From NCBI RefSeq assembly GCF_036321535.1, contig NC_087437.1, positions 15,130,001 through 15,194,000 of the forward strand: a DNA stretch of 64,000 nucleotides, given 5' to 3'. This DNA comes from Camelus dromedarius (Eukaryota). How positions within the stretch are numbered: the first letter of the stretch is position 1; the number at the start of each line of letters is the position of its first letter. The translations under genes and the position numbers were made by a program. Shown one piece after another: positions 37,181 through 48,590 of the stretch. The notes under the pieces were generated by a model. That model saw nothing but the letters and a program-made list of their open reading frames with translations. It was not told the origin of the DNA and did no database searches.

Positions 37181-39699
37181 GCCTCACTAGGTGGTGGAGG
37201 GCCGTTCAGGGTGCTGGTGACAAGCCTCCAGGCTGGTCCCCAGACACTCAAGAGGCAGGGGATGCCCCCTGGTCAGGTGACTGCAAAGCCACTCTTAAGG
37301 GACCTCCCAGAGAATGGGCCCATTTAATCCATTCCACAAGCGAGGGTCTTCATGCAAGTATTTCGTCTTAGACACACGAAACATGCCAGTGGGGTAAAAA
37401 TAAACCGTAGCCAAATTTAATGTGAAGCCCGAGAGTGACAAACTGAACCTAGGTGCTTCATATCAAACGTCTTATGGTGTCTCATTTTGAGGTCACAGAT
37501 GTCTAAAGTTTAATGAAAGAAGGGCTTAAAATATAGTTTGTACTCAGCTGTTTCTGTGAATTGGGAAAAGACTACCATTATTTTATTTGAAATGCGGAGC
37601 GTACTTATTTCAGGACACAGCTTGTTAACACAGATGGAGACCCAGGGGGTGATGGGAGAGGGAGCCCAGAGAGCAAGCCTCAGGCAGAGCTGGACTGGGC
37701 CGTGCGGGCCAGGAGAGGGCAGCTTGCCTGCAGGTTTTGGGGATGCACAGTGTCTGTGGGGACACACGGTGGCCGGGGGGTCATGTGTTGTTGTTGTAGT
37801 TGGGGACACTCTGGAGAATGCAGAGGCTAGATGACCTTCCAAAGGAGCCCCAGGCTCTGGGAGGCAATGGGCAAGCGTAAGTCGGGCATCGTCCAGATGG
37901 GAGGGGGCTTGGGGAGCTGGGGACCCAGAGAGAGCGGGTCTGCTCACGGCCTGTCCCACAAAGGGGCCCTCCTGGGAGCAAGGGGTGGCTGTCTCAAGGG
38001 TGGGTGACTAGGGCTGAGAAGCCCAAGTTTATTACCCTGGGAGAAGTGCTGGGGGGACCCCAGGCCTGTTGAGTGAGTGTGGCCTGCCTGGCCCTAATCC
38101 AGCAGGAGCGGACAGTGAGGGCAGTAACAAAGTGGCCATGGGGGTAGGCTTGGGTGGACAGAGGTGTAGGGAGCCACACAGTCTGGTAGAGACTGTTAGC
38201 ACCCAGGTCGGGGGTTCAGCGCCTGCCTTTACCTGCTGTTGGCCAATCAGCCAGATGTCTTCCACCAATACCAGGCCTGACAGCTGGGTCTGCTCCCAGC
38301 TCTGGCCCCGCGTCTCTGCGTTGCTTTGGACAAACCACGCCTCCTCTCCAGAGCTGTTTCTTTAGCAGCACAAGGAGGCCCGAGGTCCGTGTGCTCTGGG
38401 AAGTCGAGCCTCTCTCATCAGGTCAGCCGGGCCAGCCCAGCACAGCCATGGGTCTGGAACAAGCTGGTTCATGAACCTGCTGCCTCCGCGCAGGAGGGCC
38501 CACCTTGGCCAGGACCCTCTCGAAGGCACCTGAGCCGGGCACCCATCTCCATCGCTGCCCCACCTTTCTAGGTGTTTAATCAAGAGAGTCAAAGTGAAAA
38601 CAACAGGAAGAAAAGTGAAACTGGTCTCCCCTCCCTGGGGAGGGGCAGAGCAGCAGCAGCCCAAGTGGCACAGGCAAAGGTTACTTTGTGTCCCTTGAAA
38701 TGAAAACCCAGAGGAACCTTTGGGACTTCCTCATTCCTGCCTTCCATCAGCAGTGCCTGAAGGGCTCCGGTTCCCAGGACACCACAGGCCCTACAGAGGC
38801 TGGCAGTGCAGCCCGTGAGCCGGGTGACGAGGTGGCTGCCCCACCCCACCCTGCACTAGTGCCAGCTGAGCCACTGAAGACAAAGGGTCATCTCCCCACA
38901 GGCCCCGCCACTCACAGAATTGCACACATGCTTGGACACGCACAGCCATCTGCACGCAGGACCACACACATCTGTGCACGGGACCCATCCTCGGGTTCCC
39001 CCCTCAGCACTCCCCAAATACAAGCTGCACACACTCCCCTCCCCCAGCTCCACCCTCGCACACCGGTCCTGGCAGGAGCCCACACGCACGCACGGACATG
39101 GATCAGCCTGCACTCTCGCATGTCCACCCTCCCTATGTGCGCGTGCACACACACGCACACACACAAAGTGCACGGCCTCGGTGTGGATGGACACCAAGCC
39201 CCTGGGGCTGCCATTCCTCCTCTGGATGGGAGGGGACACCTGCTCCCTCCCACCGCTCCAGTCTTGGAACGGCCTCCAGCACCTTCCTGAGCTCCACCAG
39301 GTAGGGCCCCACAATTGCATTTTGCTCTGTTTGCACTGACCCAAAGGGCACTGGAGACCCAGCCCTTCAAAGGCTAGGCCACCACCTGCCAGCTGCTTGT
39401 CCCACACATTTAACACAGAGTGCTGCAGGAGGCGGGCCTCCTGGCCTCCTGGGTTCTCGGGCAAATCGATATGGTTCTTTTTATTTCCATGTTAGAGAGA
39501 CTCTTCCAAGCTGCCAAGAATACAGACACACTCAATTTAGTTGGAAAGGGAGAAAGGAAGGACAGAGAGAAATACACAAGCAGGGACGCCTGCAGTGCCT
39601 GCTGTCAGGACTCGGGTTTGGGTTTAACACTAAGAACAGCAAGTGCTTGTTGAGCATCTGCCTGGCCCGGGTCCCAGGCCCAGCACCAGATGCTCCGGG

Positions 39700-39830
39700 C
39701 GCATTATCACATCATGCTCACAGCAGCCCCATGAAATAGTTCCCATTTGAGGGGGAGGATGGCGAGGCTTAGAGAGTCTGAGACTTGCCCGAAGTCCTAC
39801 AGCTTGTAAGTGCAGGGCTGGGATGTATGT
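39700..39830 (-). mobile_element. MIR SINE fragment
   Basis: CTCACAGCAGCCCCATGA..CCCATTT..GAGGCTTAGAGAG..GACTTGCCCGAAGTC..CAGCTTGTAAGTG. Confidence 0.65.
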
Positions 39831-42309
39831 CCATGTGGTCAGGGGCCCATCCATGTGTCCAGGAGACCCACTCTGCCAAGGTGACCCCTCATCTGCCACT
39901 CCCCGAAGCTGACATCTGCGGCTCTTGCCCTGGTGGATGTGCCACTCTCTCAGGATGACTTCCTCACACCTCCACGTGTCCGTCTGTCTTTCTGCTTCTT
40001 GCTCTGCATGTCCCGAGTCAAAACTCCCTGAGAGAGGACCTCCAGCATCAGCCAGATTCCAGCCCATGTGGAACCACTCTGAAACCAAAGGCAGCCAGGC
40101 ACTGGCCAGACTGGACCCACACTCCGGCTCTCTTTTTTCCCACCAGCGAGCAGCTGCCTTGGGGCGGAACACGCAGCTGTGGTCAGGACAGTGGGTCATA
40201 GTCGGTCAGATCAGAGCCCCTGGGGGTGGGGTGGACACTCCAACGACCACAGATTGCCCAGCGTGGTTTCAAATGCTGTTACTGAAAATCTTTCCTGAAC
40301 ATATTTCTCATTTTCCTGACTTGGTAAGATTCCTCTAGTAAGCATGATTGAATAGCTACAACAATTAGTCAGGATTTTCTGATTCCTGGGGCATCCTTCT
40401 AAATTCCAACTGCATCAGGCAGCCGAAGCGGGAGGTATGGAGAGCTAATGTGTGGTGACGACCAGGAAACTCCCTAAACATCTTATAAAACATTCCTGTT
40501 GGGTTATGGGTTATTTGCCTTCACGTTAATGTGGAGGCAACGGCAAGGAGGAAACTCCCTGGCAGTGGGTCCACTGAGCTCAGGCGTCACAGTTATCAGT
40601 TGCAAATGCAGGCAGGGCCCCGGAGTGAGGCAGCTTCCTTCCCCGGGGAGCTTCCAGCCCAGGCTGCAGAGGGCCACCGGCACCGAGGGGCCTCTGGGGA
40701 TGCCTAGACGTGTGGGGACCCAGACCAGCTCCTCGGTGACCCCAGGAGCCTCCCCCGCTGATGGAGGACAAAAGGTGGGGTCTCAGGTCACTCAGCCCCG
40801 CACCTCCCTCCCCCAAGCACAGGCTGCTAATCCACCCTTGGAACTGTCAGGAAAAGCCCATTTTAATTTGATCCTTTGCACAGATAGATTAGAAGCCACG
40901 GATCTTGACAACTTCTGTTAGTCCCTAGTTATGGAAAGGCAGGAAGGAAGGAACAGAAGTCTTGAGCCCTGCACTGAAAATAATTCAGCAGGATGGAATA
41001 CTCACACCCAAAGCTACAGCCTGAGTTCTGGACCCCGTCCCATGGCAAACAGGATTCCCTGTGGAGCTGCAGCCCCGAGTGCCAGCAGCTACCACAGAGG
41101 CAAGGCTTTTACAGAACAGCCTGCCCCTTGGGGGCTGTGCTCAGCTGACCCAGGCTGGCTGGTCTTGAGGGTCTCCTTCACCCCTCGCGGCAGCTGGGAG
41201 GAAGGTTGTGGGGCGGGGATTCAGACCTCTGTCCCCACATCCCCTGGGGGGTGGGTGTGGGCTGCCAGGGGATGTTGGCCTGTCCCTTGGACTCCTGTTT
41301 TCAAAGTCAGGAGCCAGTCAAATGAAGAGATTGCCTGAGACCGCGTGCGGCAGCCAGACAGTTCCACAAGAAACCAACGCTCACAGTTACGCCTAGATTT
41401 TTTAAAAAGAGTGTACGTGGGTGGCCTTGTTTTGCCAAGAAAAGCCTCGTTTTGTTGATCTTTTCCCTTACTCAGCAGAAGAAATAGGAGACTTTCCACC
41501 AAGGTTTCACAGGATTGCTACCCCAGCACCTGAGCCGGCAACTTCCAAGAGGGCCCCCAGACACAGCGCTGATGCGTGGGCCTCCTGCCCCTGACCGCTA
41601 GCCTGTATTGTTGACCGAAGCAGTTTAAAGGGGTGTGTGACCTGAAAGAGGGGCAGGGCTGGGTCTGGGGGAGGCGAGTGGGCCTGCCACGAGCTGTGAC
41701 CACAGAAACCCAGTGCAGGAGGTGAGCTGCCTGGTGGAAGTGATCCCTGAGCTGCACTCCCCCCACCTGTGCTCTCACAGGTGGGATCTGAAATGCCACC
41801 ACCCAGGGGCAGTCACTCCATACGGCAGACCTCCCAACCCCAGAGGTCCCGTGCCCCAGATCGGGCCTTGGAGAACTTGGGGAGACCAAGGGGTTGGGCC
41901 CAGGCCCTGGCTGTGTGCCAGCCCTATCCAGAGAAAACAGATTTCTCTCCTCGGACTGCCAACAGGAAAAAGGTGAGCAGAGGGTGCACTTTCCTTCTCA
42001 ATCAACATGACCAAGAACCTTCCAGAAACCCCCACCTTGTGGAATCTCAGCAGTCTGTGCTCCTGAGGGTCTTGGCCCAGAGACGGCCCCCGTGGTGCCA
42101 CCGACACTCCTCTTGAGCTACGGGACCTTTCAGGCTGAGAGACCCAGTAGGACCCCAGGACCAGGGAGGCAGGGGGTGAACGCAGGGCCCTGGGGGACTG
42201 AGGTTTGGGGTCAGTGTGTGTGTTTGGGGAGGGGGTTCTGAGCAGGAGAGGAGGCGAGCTCCATTCTCTGGGCTTCCTAGCCTTCCATCAGTCTCATCCG
42301 TAACTGCTC

Positions 42310-42650
42310 TCTTTGCTTCCTGGGGCTCCTGGGATGACAGCTCCACAGTCCCGCAGGCTGGGGGCTCACACGACAGGAAACGAATGTCCCAGAGCTCTGG
42401 AGCCTGAAAGTCCAAAGTCAAGATGTCCGCAGGGCCGGTTTCTTCTGAGGCCGTCTTCTCCCTGCCTTCGCATCATCTTCCTCTGTGTGTGTCCATGTTC
42501 CCTGTTCCTCTTCTTATAAGGCACCGCCCGTATGGGATGAGAGTGACCCTCAGGACTTCATTTTAATCTAATTACCTCTCTACGGCCCCTGTCTCACATT
42601 CTGTGGGCAGAACATGTGAATTTGGGAGGACACAAGCTGACCCGTGACAC
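42310..42650 (-). mobile_element. MaLR LTR (MLT1A/B-like)
   Basis: TCTGGAGCCTGAAAGTCCAAAGTCAAGATGTC..CTCTTCTTATAAGG..CATTTTAATCTAATTACCTCT..CATGTGAATTTGGGAGGACACAA. Confidence 0.8.
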
Positions 42651-43294
42651 CTGCAGAAGCAGCAGGCACCTTACCCTGGGGGGCAGCCGGGCCCCCCACC
42701 CATGAGGGCAATCCCATGTTGCCCACAAAGCATTTCACGCACGCTTTCTCCTTCAATCCCTTTAACCCCTTCCTCTGAAGTCAACAGAGACAGCATCCTT
42801 CTCTGATTTCACAGATGAGGAAACAGAGGTCCAGGGAGGTGAATTTGGTGGCCCTGAGCCTCCCGCCAGGAAGTGAACAAGCTGGGCTGAGACCAGGCCC
42901 CCTCAGTCCTCCCCGCTGTTCTCGCAAACTCACTGCTCTGGGGACCAGAGCATTTCCCTCCAGGGAAGGAAGGAGATATTTCCTCTGAGAAGAGCTGCAC
43001 ACCCGAATCAAGTTTGCGGGCACTCACTCGACTCGTCCTATTCGTGTGCCCGAGCTCCATCTTGTAACATTTATTTGCTGAACAGTCACTCCTCCCTGCA
43101 GTTGCTCTCACATGCCTGCTGTGGGCCAGGTGCTCTGTGAGGCCCCCCCATGTGTATTTTATTGCAAAATAAATCGTATTTTGGGAATGAGAAACTGGAG
43201 GCTTAAGGAGGTAAAACTAAGCAAAAAGTCAGCACCGGAGGGGTGCGCTGGACCCAGATAAGGACAACGCAGGAGCCATGTCTTCCCAGGGTAC

Positions 43295-43990
43295 CTGCAA
43301 CAAATGCGTTTATCCAATGAGTTGTTCATTAGGGTCCTGCTCTGTGTGGAGCACGGTTCAAGGTGTTTGGGATTCATCCGTTTACAAAGGAGTTTTCCAG
43401 AGGGAGACAGACAATGCAGATAATAAATAAGTAAATTGTGCTCGACATTGGAAAGTGGAAAAGAAAAAGAAATGCTGCGAGCTGGAAGGCGATCAGGAAC
43501 ACTGGGCTGGGCAGGGGCGCGTTGCAGTATTGAACCAAGTGCTCATGGAAGGCCCGCAGGAGCACAGACTCGAGAGGGAGAAGAAGTTAGACCATGAGGA
43601 TGCCCGCAGAAGAGGGTTCCAGGCAGGAAGAACACGTACAAAGGCCCTGGGCCAGGAGGGCGCCTGCAGTGTTGTAGGGACAGCACGTTGGCCTGTGGTC
43701 AGGCTGGTGGGGAGGAGGATGGGGAGGGGAAATCGGAGTGCAACAAGGCCAGGCTGGGTCAGGCTCACAGGCCACTGCCAGGACCTGGGCTTGGCTCGCT
43801 GCTGCGAGGCCTCTGCAGGGCTCTGAGCCGAGGAAGGGGTATGGTTTGACCACACTCTCCTAGGCTCGCTGCTGCTGTGTTGAGAACAGATGGCCCAAGG
43901 AACAGAAAGGACGTAGACACCAGTTAAGAGGCTTCTGAAATCATCCAGACAGGGGCTGGGATTGGCGGTCCTGGTGCTGAAGGTGCCAGA
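43295..43990 (-). mobile_element. LINE-2 (L2a-like) 3' fragment
   Basis: GGGAGACAGACAAT.., GTTCCAGGCAGGAAGAAC..CAAAGGCCCTG, GACCAGTTAAGAGGCT-like words typical of antisense L2. Confidence 0.7.
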
Positions 43991-44565
43991 TTCTGTCTCT
44001 CTTGCTGCTGTTTCTCTCTCCCCATCCCCTCCTCCTCCTCCTTTTTTGGAAAGTCCGTGGAATGGGGCTAACTGCGTTCCAGTCCTGGTGTTCCCAGAGA
44101 AAGCTGCTCCAATGCTCACAGTATCAGTTTTCTCCTTTAGAAAACAGGGTAAAATGGGGTTACGATGCCAGCCTCATAGGGCAGTTGGAGAATCATCCGT
44201 GATTTAGCAGTTACAGATGCTCTGGCTCTGTCCAGGACCCTCTAACTCCAGGGCTTGAAACCTGCCTCAGATTAGGGGTCTGAGCCTTGTCCCTCCTGCC
44301 CCAAACGGAGGCAGGGACAGATCTTGCTGGGAAACTTCCAGATCAGATGTGCCTCAGGGCACAGGGACCTGAGCAGTCTTTCATTTCCAGGCGTGGGGCT
44401 CACCGATAGATGCAGGCCTCTGGGAGGACCCAAAGGCAGATCCCGTGGTCGCGGGGAACCAGATTAGAGAGGTCTGTAGACCCAGGGACAAGCTCCATAT
44501 CTCAGTCCTCAGAGTTGGGGCCTGTCGGTGAGCACTAGATTAGGAGTCCAGCAACCTGCATTTCT

Positions 44566-44670
44566 CTATTTTAATTGAGATGTAATTGACATATGACAGT
44601 ACATTAATTTCAAGAATACATCATAATATTTGTATATATTGCAAATGATCCCCACAATAAGTCTAGATTA
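44566..44670 (-). mobile_element. About 105-bp L1 (L1MA9-like) 3' end with a perfect 17-bp TSD
   Basis: TAATTGACATATGAC..ATATTTGTATATATTGCAAATGATCCCCACAATAAGTCTAG; TSD CAGCAACCTGCATTTCT at 44549-44565 and 44671-44687. Confidence 0.85.
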
Positions 44671-45219
44671 CAGCAACCTGCATTTCTGCATCAACTCTGC
44701 CATTTCCAACAAGGTGTACTTGAAAGTTGAATTCCCTCTGGGTCTCAGTTTCCCCATCCCATCTGTCAAATGTAAGTGTTGGCAACATCTGCGTGCTTCT
44801 CTCCAGATTTCCGGAGTTTTTCTGGGCTTGAGAGGAGTCCAGACAGTGTAGAGTCACGGAGTTACTCACTTCCTTATTTTCCTACATGACTTGGCCCTGT
44901 TCCCTGGCATCCACCTCTCCCAACCAATTTCTCTACTTGGTCTGAGCGACTCTTGCAAGGAGGGCTGGTGAGCTGAGCCAGGATCGGAAGAGTGCAGGGA
45001 CAAACCTGGGCCACACAGCCACAGCCCTTACCCTGGAGACTGGTGCTACCTTCAAGGGAGGTGCGTTCACAGCGGGAGGAGAGGGGCATGGTGGGCAGGA
45101 GGTTAGGTGGTCCAGCTGGAAGGACTCTTAGAGACGCCCATCTCATAGATGGGGAAGCTGAGGCTAAAAGAAGGGAAAGGGCTTGTCCAGGGTCTCACAT
45201 GGGTCATGAGAAACATCTG

Positions 45220-45480
45220 TTTTTGTTTTTTTTTTAATAAACAACAAACTGCTTTATTAAAGTGTAAGTGACATCCATTAAACGCCACATGAAGTGTACA
45301 GTTGGACGAGCTCTGATGTGCATGTGCAGCCATCAACCCATCTTCACAATCAAGATCCTTAGCATTCTGCTGCCTCCAGAAGTTTCCTCGTGTCCCTTTG
45401 ACCTGTCTCCCTCACTCCACACTCCAGGCCACCGCAGGTCTGCTTTCTGTCCGCTGTGGATTCGTTTGCCATCTATTTTA
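45220..45480 (-). mobile_element. L1 (L1MB/L1ME-type) 3' end fragment
   Basis: T-tail, GCTTTATT..AAGTGTACAGTT..CACAATCAAGAT..CCAGAAGTTTCCTCGTGTCCCTT..CTGCTTTCTGTC. Confidence 0.65.
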
Positions 45481-48074
45481 AGGTAGTGCTGGTGAGACTG
45501 GTTGGCAGATGGAGTGTGGGCTGTGGGGGTTGGGGTGGGGGACTTCAAGGTTTTGGCATGAGGACTAGAAGCCTGGAGCTGCTGTTGTTCGAGAGGGAGG
45601 GGAAAGCTTCCAGAGCGCAGCTTTGCACCTTGTGCGAGCTGCCCCATTGTCCCTGTGTGGGGAGGGGTTGGGGGCGGTCAGCCATAGGAGTCCAGACTTC
45701 CAGAGAGTCTGGGCTACAGAGCTGCCAAGAAGGGCAGGAAGCCAGGGACCAGCCAGACCTCCAAGGAGCAAGCGTAGGTGATGGCCGCCCCCAGCTCTCC
45801 CGCACTAAGAGATGGGTCAGGGCCGGCCCTCTAGAAAAGACCTGCTCCCCTCCAGGGGTCAGGCCTCCTGAAGCCCTGGAAGCAGCGGGGGTTCTCTGAG
45901 GGCTGAGCTGTATTGCTCCGTCTTTTGGTGCCTGCACAGTGCCTGGGGCCTGGGAAGAGCTTGGTACATGTTTGTTGAACAATGGGGCTGGGAAGGCAAG
46001 GAAAACTCTCCTCACCTCTGCAACATCTGCAGGAACCTGTTTCTGCCTTCTTCCCAGAGCCGTGAGTCACAGGAGCAGGTCTGTGACCCTTTACTGTCCG
46101 CTGGAAGGCAAGTACCCAGACAGTGACGACCGCTCCCCGTGGGCCAGGAGGGCTCCCCACCCCCGGCTCTCACCTCTGGCCTGTGATTCGTGCAGAGAAG
46201 GAAAAAGCAAAATTACATTTGACTCACCTTTCATAAACATTCCTTCAGCTGACCTCCCAGTAACTCCATCAGTTAAGTCCTTCCTTTACAGATGAGGAAC
46301 AAGGGGCTCTGGGAGAAGATGGGACCAGATCTGAACCCACTGCCTCTGATTCCACTGCCACTTCCCCACAAGGAGAAAGTTCTCTTGCAAGGGTGGGACC
46401 CCTGGTGACCCCTCGTGGCCTGTAGGCTTGAGGGAATCTGCCTTTGGCTGTCCCCTGGCTGGGCACTGCCCCTTCCACAGGGCTGTCCTCTCTCTGTAAA
46501 CCCATCACAAGCTATTTTGTACCATTTGGACCAGCTGCCTGGCCTCCCTGCCCAGCCCCAACCTTGGCAGGCCATCCTGGCCTGCCCTCAGAGTAAGCCC
46601 ACACTCCCTTGCCCTGCCATGTCCTAACGGACCTTCTGTGGGCCAGGTGTGCTTCCTTGCACCTCAGGTGTGTGCAGAGCCTCAGAGCAGTACCTTCTGG
46701 AAACCCTGATCCTTCTAGAACATTCAGTAACACAATAAGCACAACTGGGCAGCCCCCACCGTGTCTTGCCTAGCACACAAGACATAGAACTGTCCCAGCC
46801 CTCCTGTGGCTGGAGCGGGGGGTCGGTGGGTCATCCTCAGTTCATTAACTCTGACCGTGCTCTGGAGGAAAAGGCCAGGGCATAGAACAGAGGAACCAGC
46901 CATCCCAGGGTCCATGAAGGCATTCCGGGGACAGGAGGGGAGGCCTGGGGCTGAAGGATGAGCAGGAGTCCTCAAGGGAAGATGGAGGAGAGATTGCTCC
47001 AGGCAGTGGAGGGAGCGAGCAGAGCTGTGAGGGCAGAGGGGGGGCCTGTGTGCCTCAAAGGGAGACACCGGCAGGGTGACTTGGGGTCCAGAGTGGAAGG
47101 CAGCACCAGAATTGGTGTGTCTTCTCCACCAATGGAGAAACGTGTCTTTCCCCCAGGCAGCTCAGTGGCTGGGGCCCAGGCCCTGGGAGGGAACAGGGCT
47201 TGGGGGCCTCATAGCATTCTCAGGGAGGGAGGCTCCGAGGTCAGCTTCTGCTCAGCAGAGGCCAAGGGGCTCCAAGAGCTTTGCCCGCCAGAGAGGGGGC
47301 TGCTGGAACCCACACCCTGTGCACTGCTGGCTCCACGCAGCCCAGGAGGAGGCCCAGGCCTTCCGTCCGCTGTGAGTTTTCTGACTGAGGCGGAAAGGCC
47401 AAGCCCTGGAATGTGCTGACCTCTGCCTCCTGCAAGGTCCAGGGTCTAAGGCCCATTCTTTCCAGCACCAAAGCCCCTCTGAAGCCCAGGGTGGGCGTGG
47501 TGCAGCACAGGGAAGGGCCAGGCAGGAGCAACGCTTCCCCTAGGATGGTTCCCAGAAGGAGCTTGGCTCCCCAGAGCCTCCTTCACTCTCCCCAGCATCC
47601 TTCCCTAATGAGGAGAGGAAGGCCCCTGAGGTCAGGGTCAGCGCAGCACCCCGCCCGCCAGCGCCAGCTCAGTCCTTCCCAGGCAGGGCCTTGCCGGAGC
47701 CCTTGAAGCTGGCGGCCCGGGAGCGCCTTTCAGGAAATGTCACTCCTGCCGCACAGGAACAGAGTACACGCGGCCTGAGTTGGGAGGGAGGTTGCAGGGC
47801 AACTGGAAGGAGCGGGGAGGGCACCAAGCTCAGAGGAAGCCCACCCTGGCCCTCTCCAAGCCTCAGTGGCCTCACCTGAGAATGGAAACCGCAGCTGCTC
47901 TGCCAATGCCAGAGGAAGGGTCTGAGGTCACAGGAAGCTGCACGGCGCTTTCCAGATGTGAGGTGAGACTCTTATCAGGCTCCAGTCATCCTGGTGGAGG
48001 ACTCTGAATTAAGCCAGTGGCAGCCTTCAATGCGGAGCAGAGAAGCTGCTAAGCTGGGGTTCTCTGCTGCCTGA

Positions 48075-48590
48075 GGGCACAGCGGGACCTAAAACAGAGA
48101 ACAAACCTGACTCCATATTGAATCTGTCCCTTTGGCTCTAACCCTGGGCTCTGTTGCCTCTGCTTAGTCATGCTGGCTCTGCACCTTTCCCATAGCCTGA
48201 AATACACAGGACAGCCCATTCTGGAGGCTCTGACCTTTAAAGATATAACACTTGTCCATTCATAGAGCAGTAAAAAGTTGCAGGACAGAAAATAACAATT
48301 GTCTTATTGGAGGTTTGTAGGAACATTGTGACGAGACTTACGCGGACAGCTGCAGGATCAAAGGATTTCTGCACCAAGAAGTTTTCAACAACCAGCCAGA
48401 CCTCCTCCTCTTTTAGTATAAAAGAAGCCTGAATTCTAACTTAGGCAAGATGATTCTTTGGGACACTAATCCACCATCTGCTTGGTCTGCTGGCTTTCCA
48501 AATAAAGTCGCTCTTCCTTGCCCCAACACCTTGTCTCTCAATTTATTGGCCTATCATGCAGTGAGCAGCATGAGCTTGGATTTGGTAACA
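48075..48590 (+). mobile_element. ERV1-class solo LTR (MER41-like)
   Basis: TGACTCCATATTG near the 5' end, TATAAAA 48417-48423, AATAAA 48501-48506, end GAGCTTGGATTTGGTAACA. 5' boundary uncertain. Confidence 0.75.

Noticed and set aside
38688..39464. Overlapping ORFs of about 200 aa on both strands
   Set aside because: Arise from a degenerate CA-rich GC tract; no protein similarity recognised.
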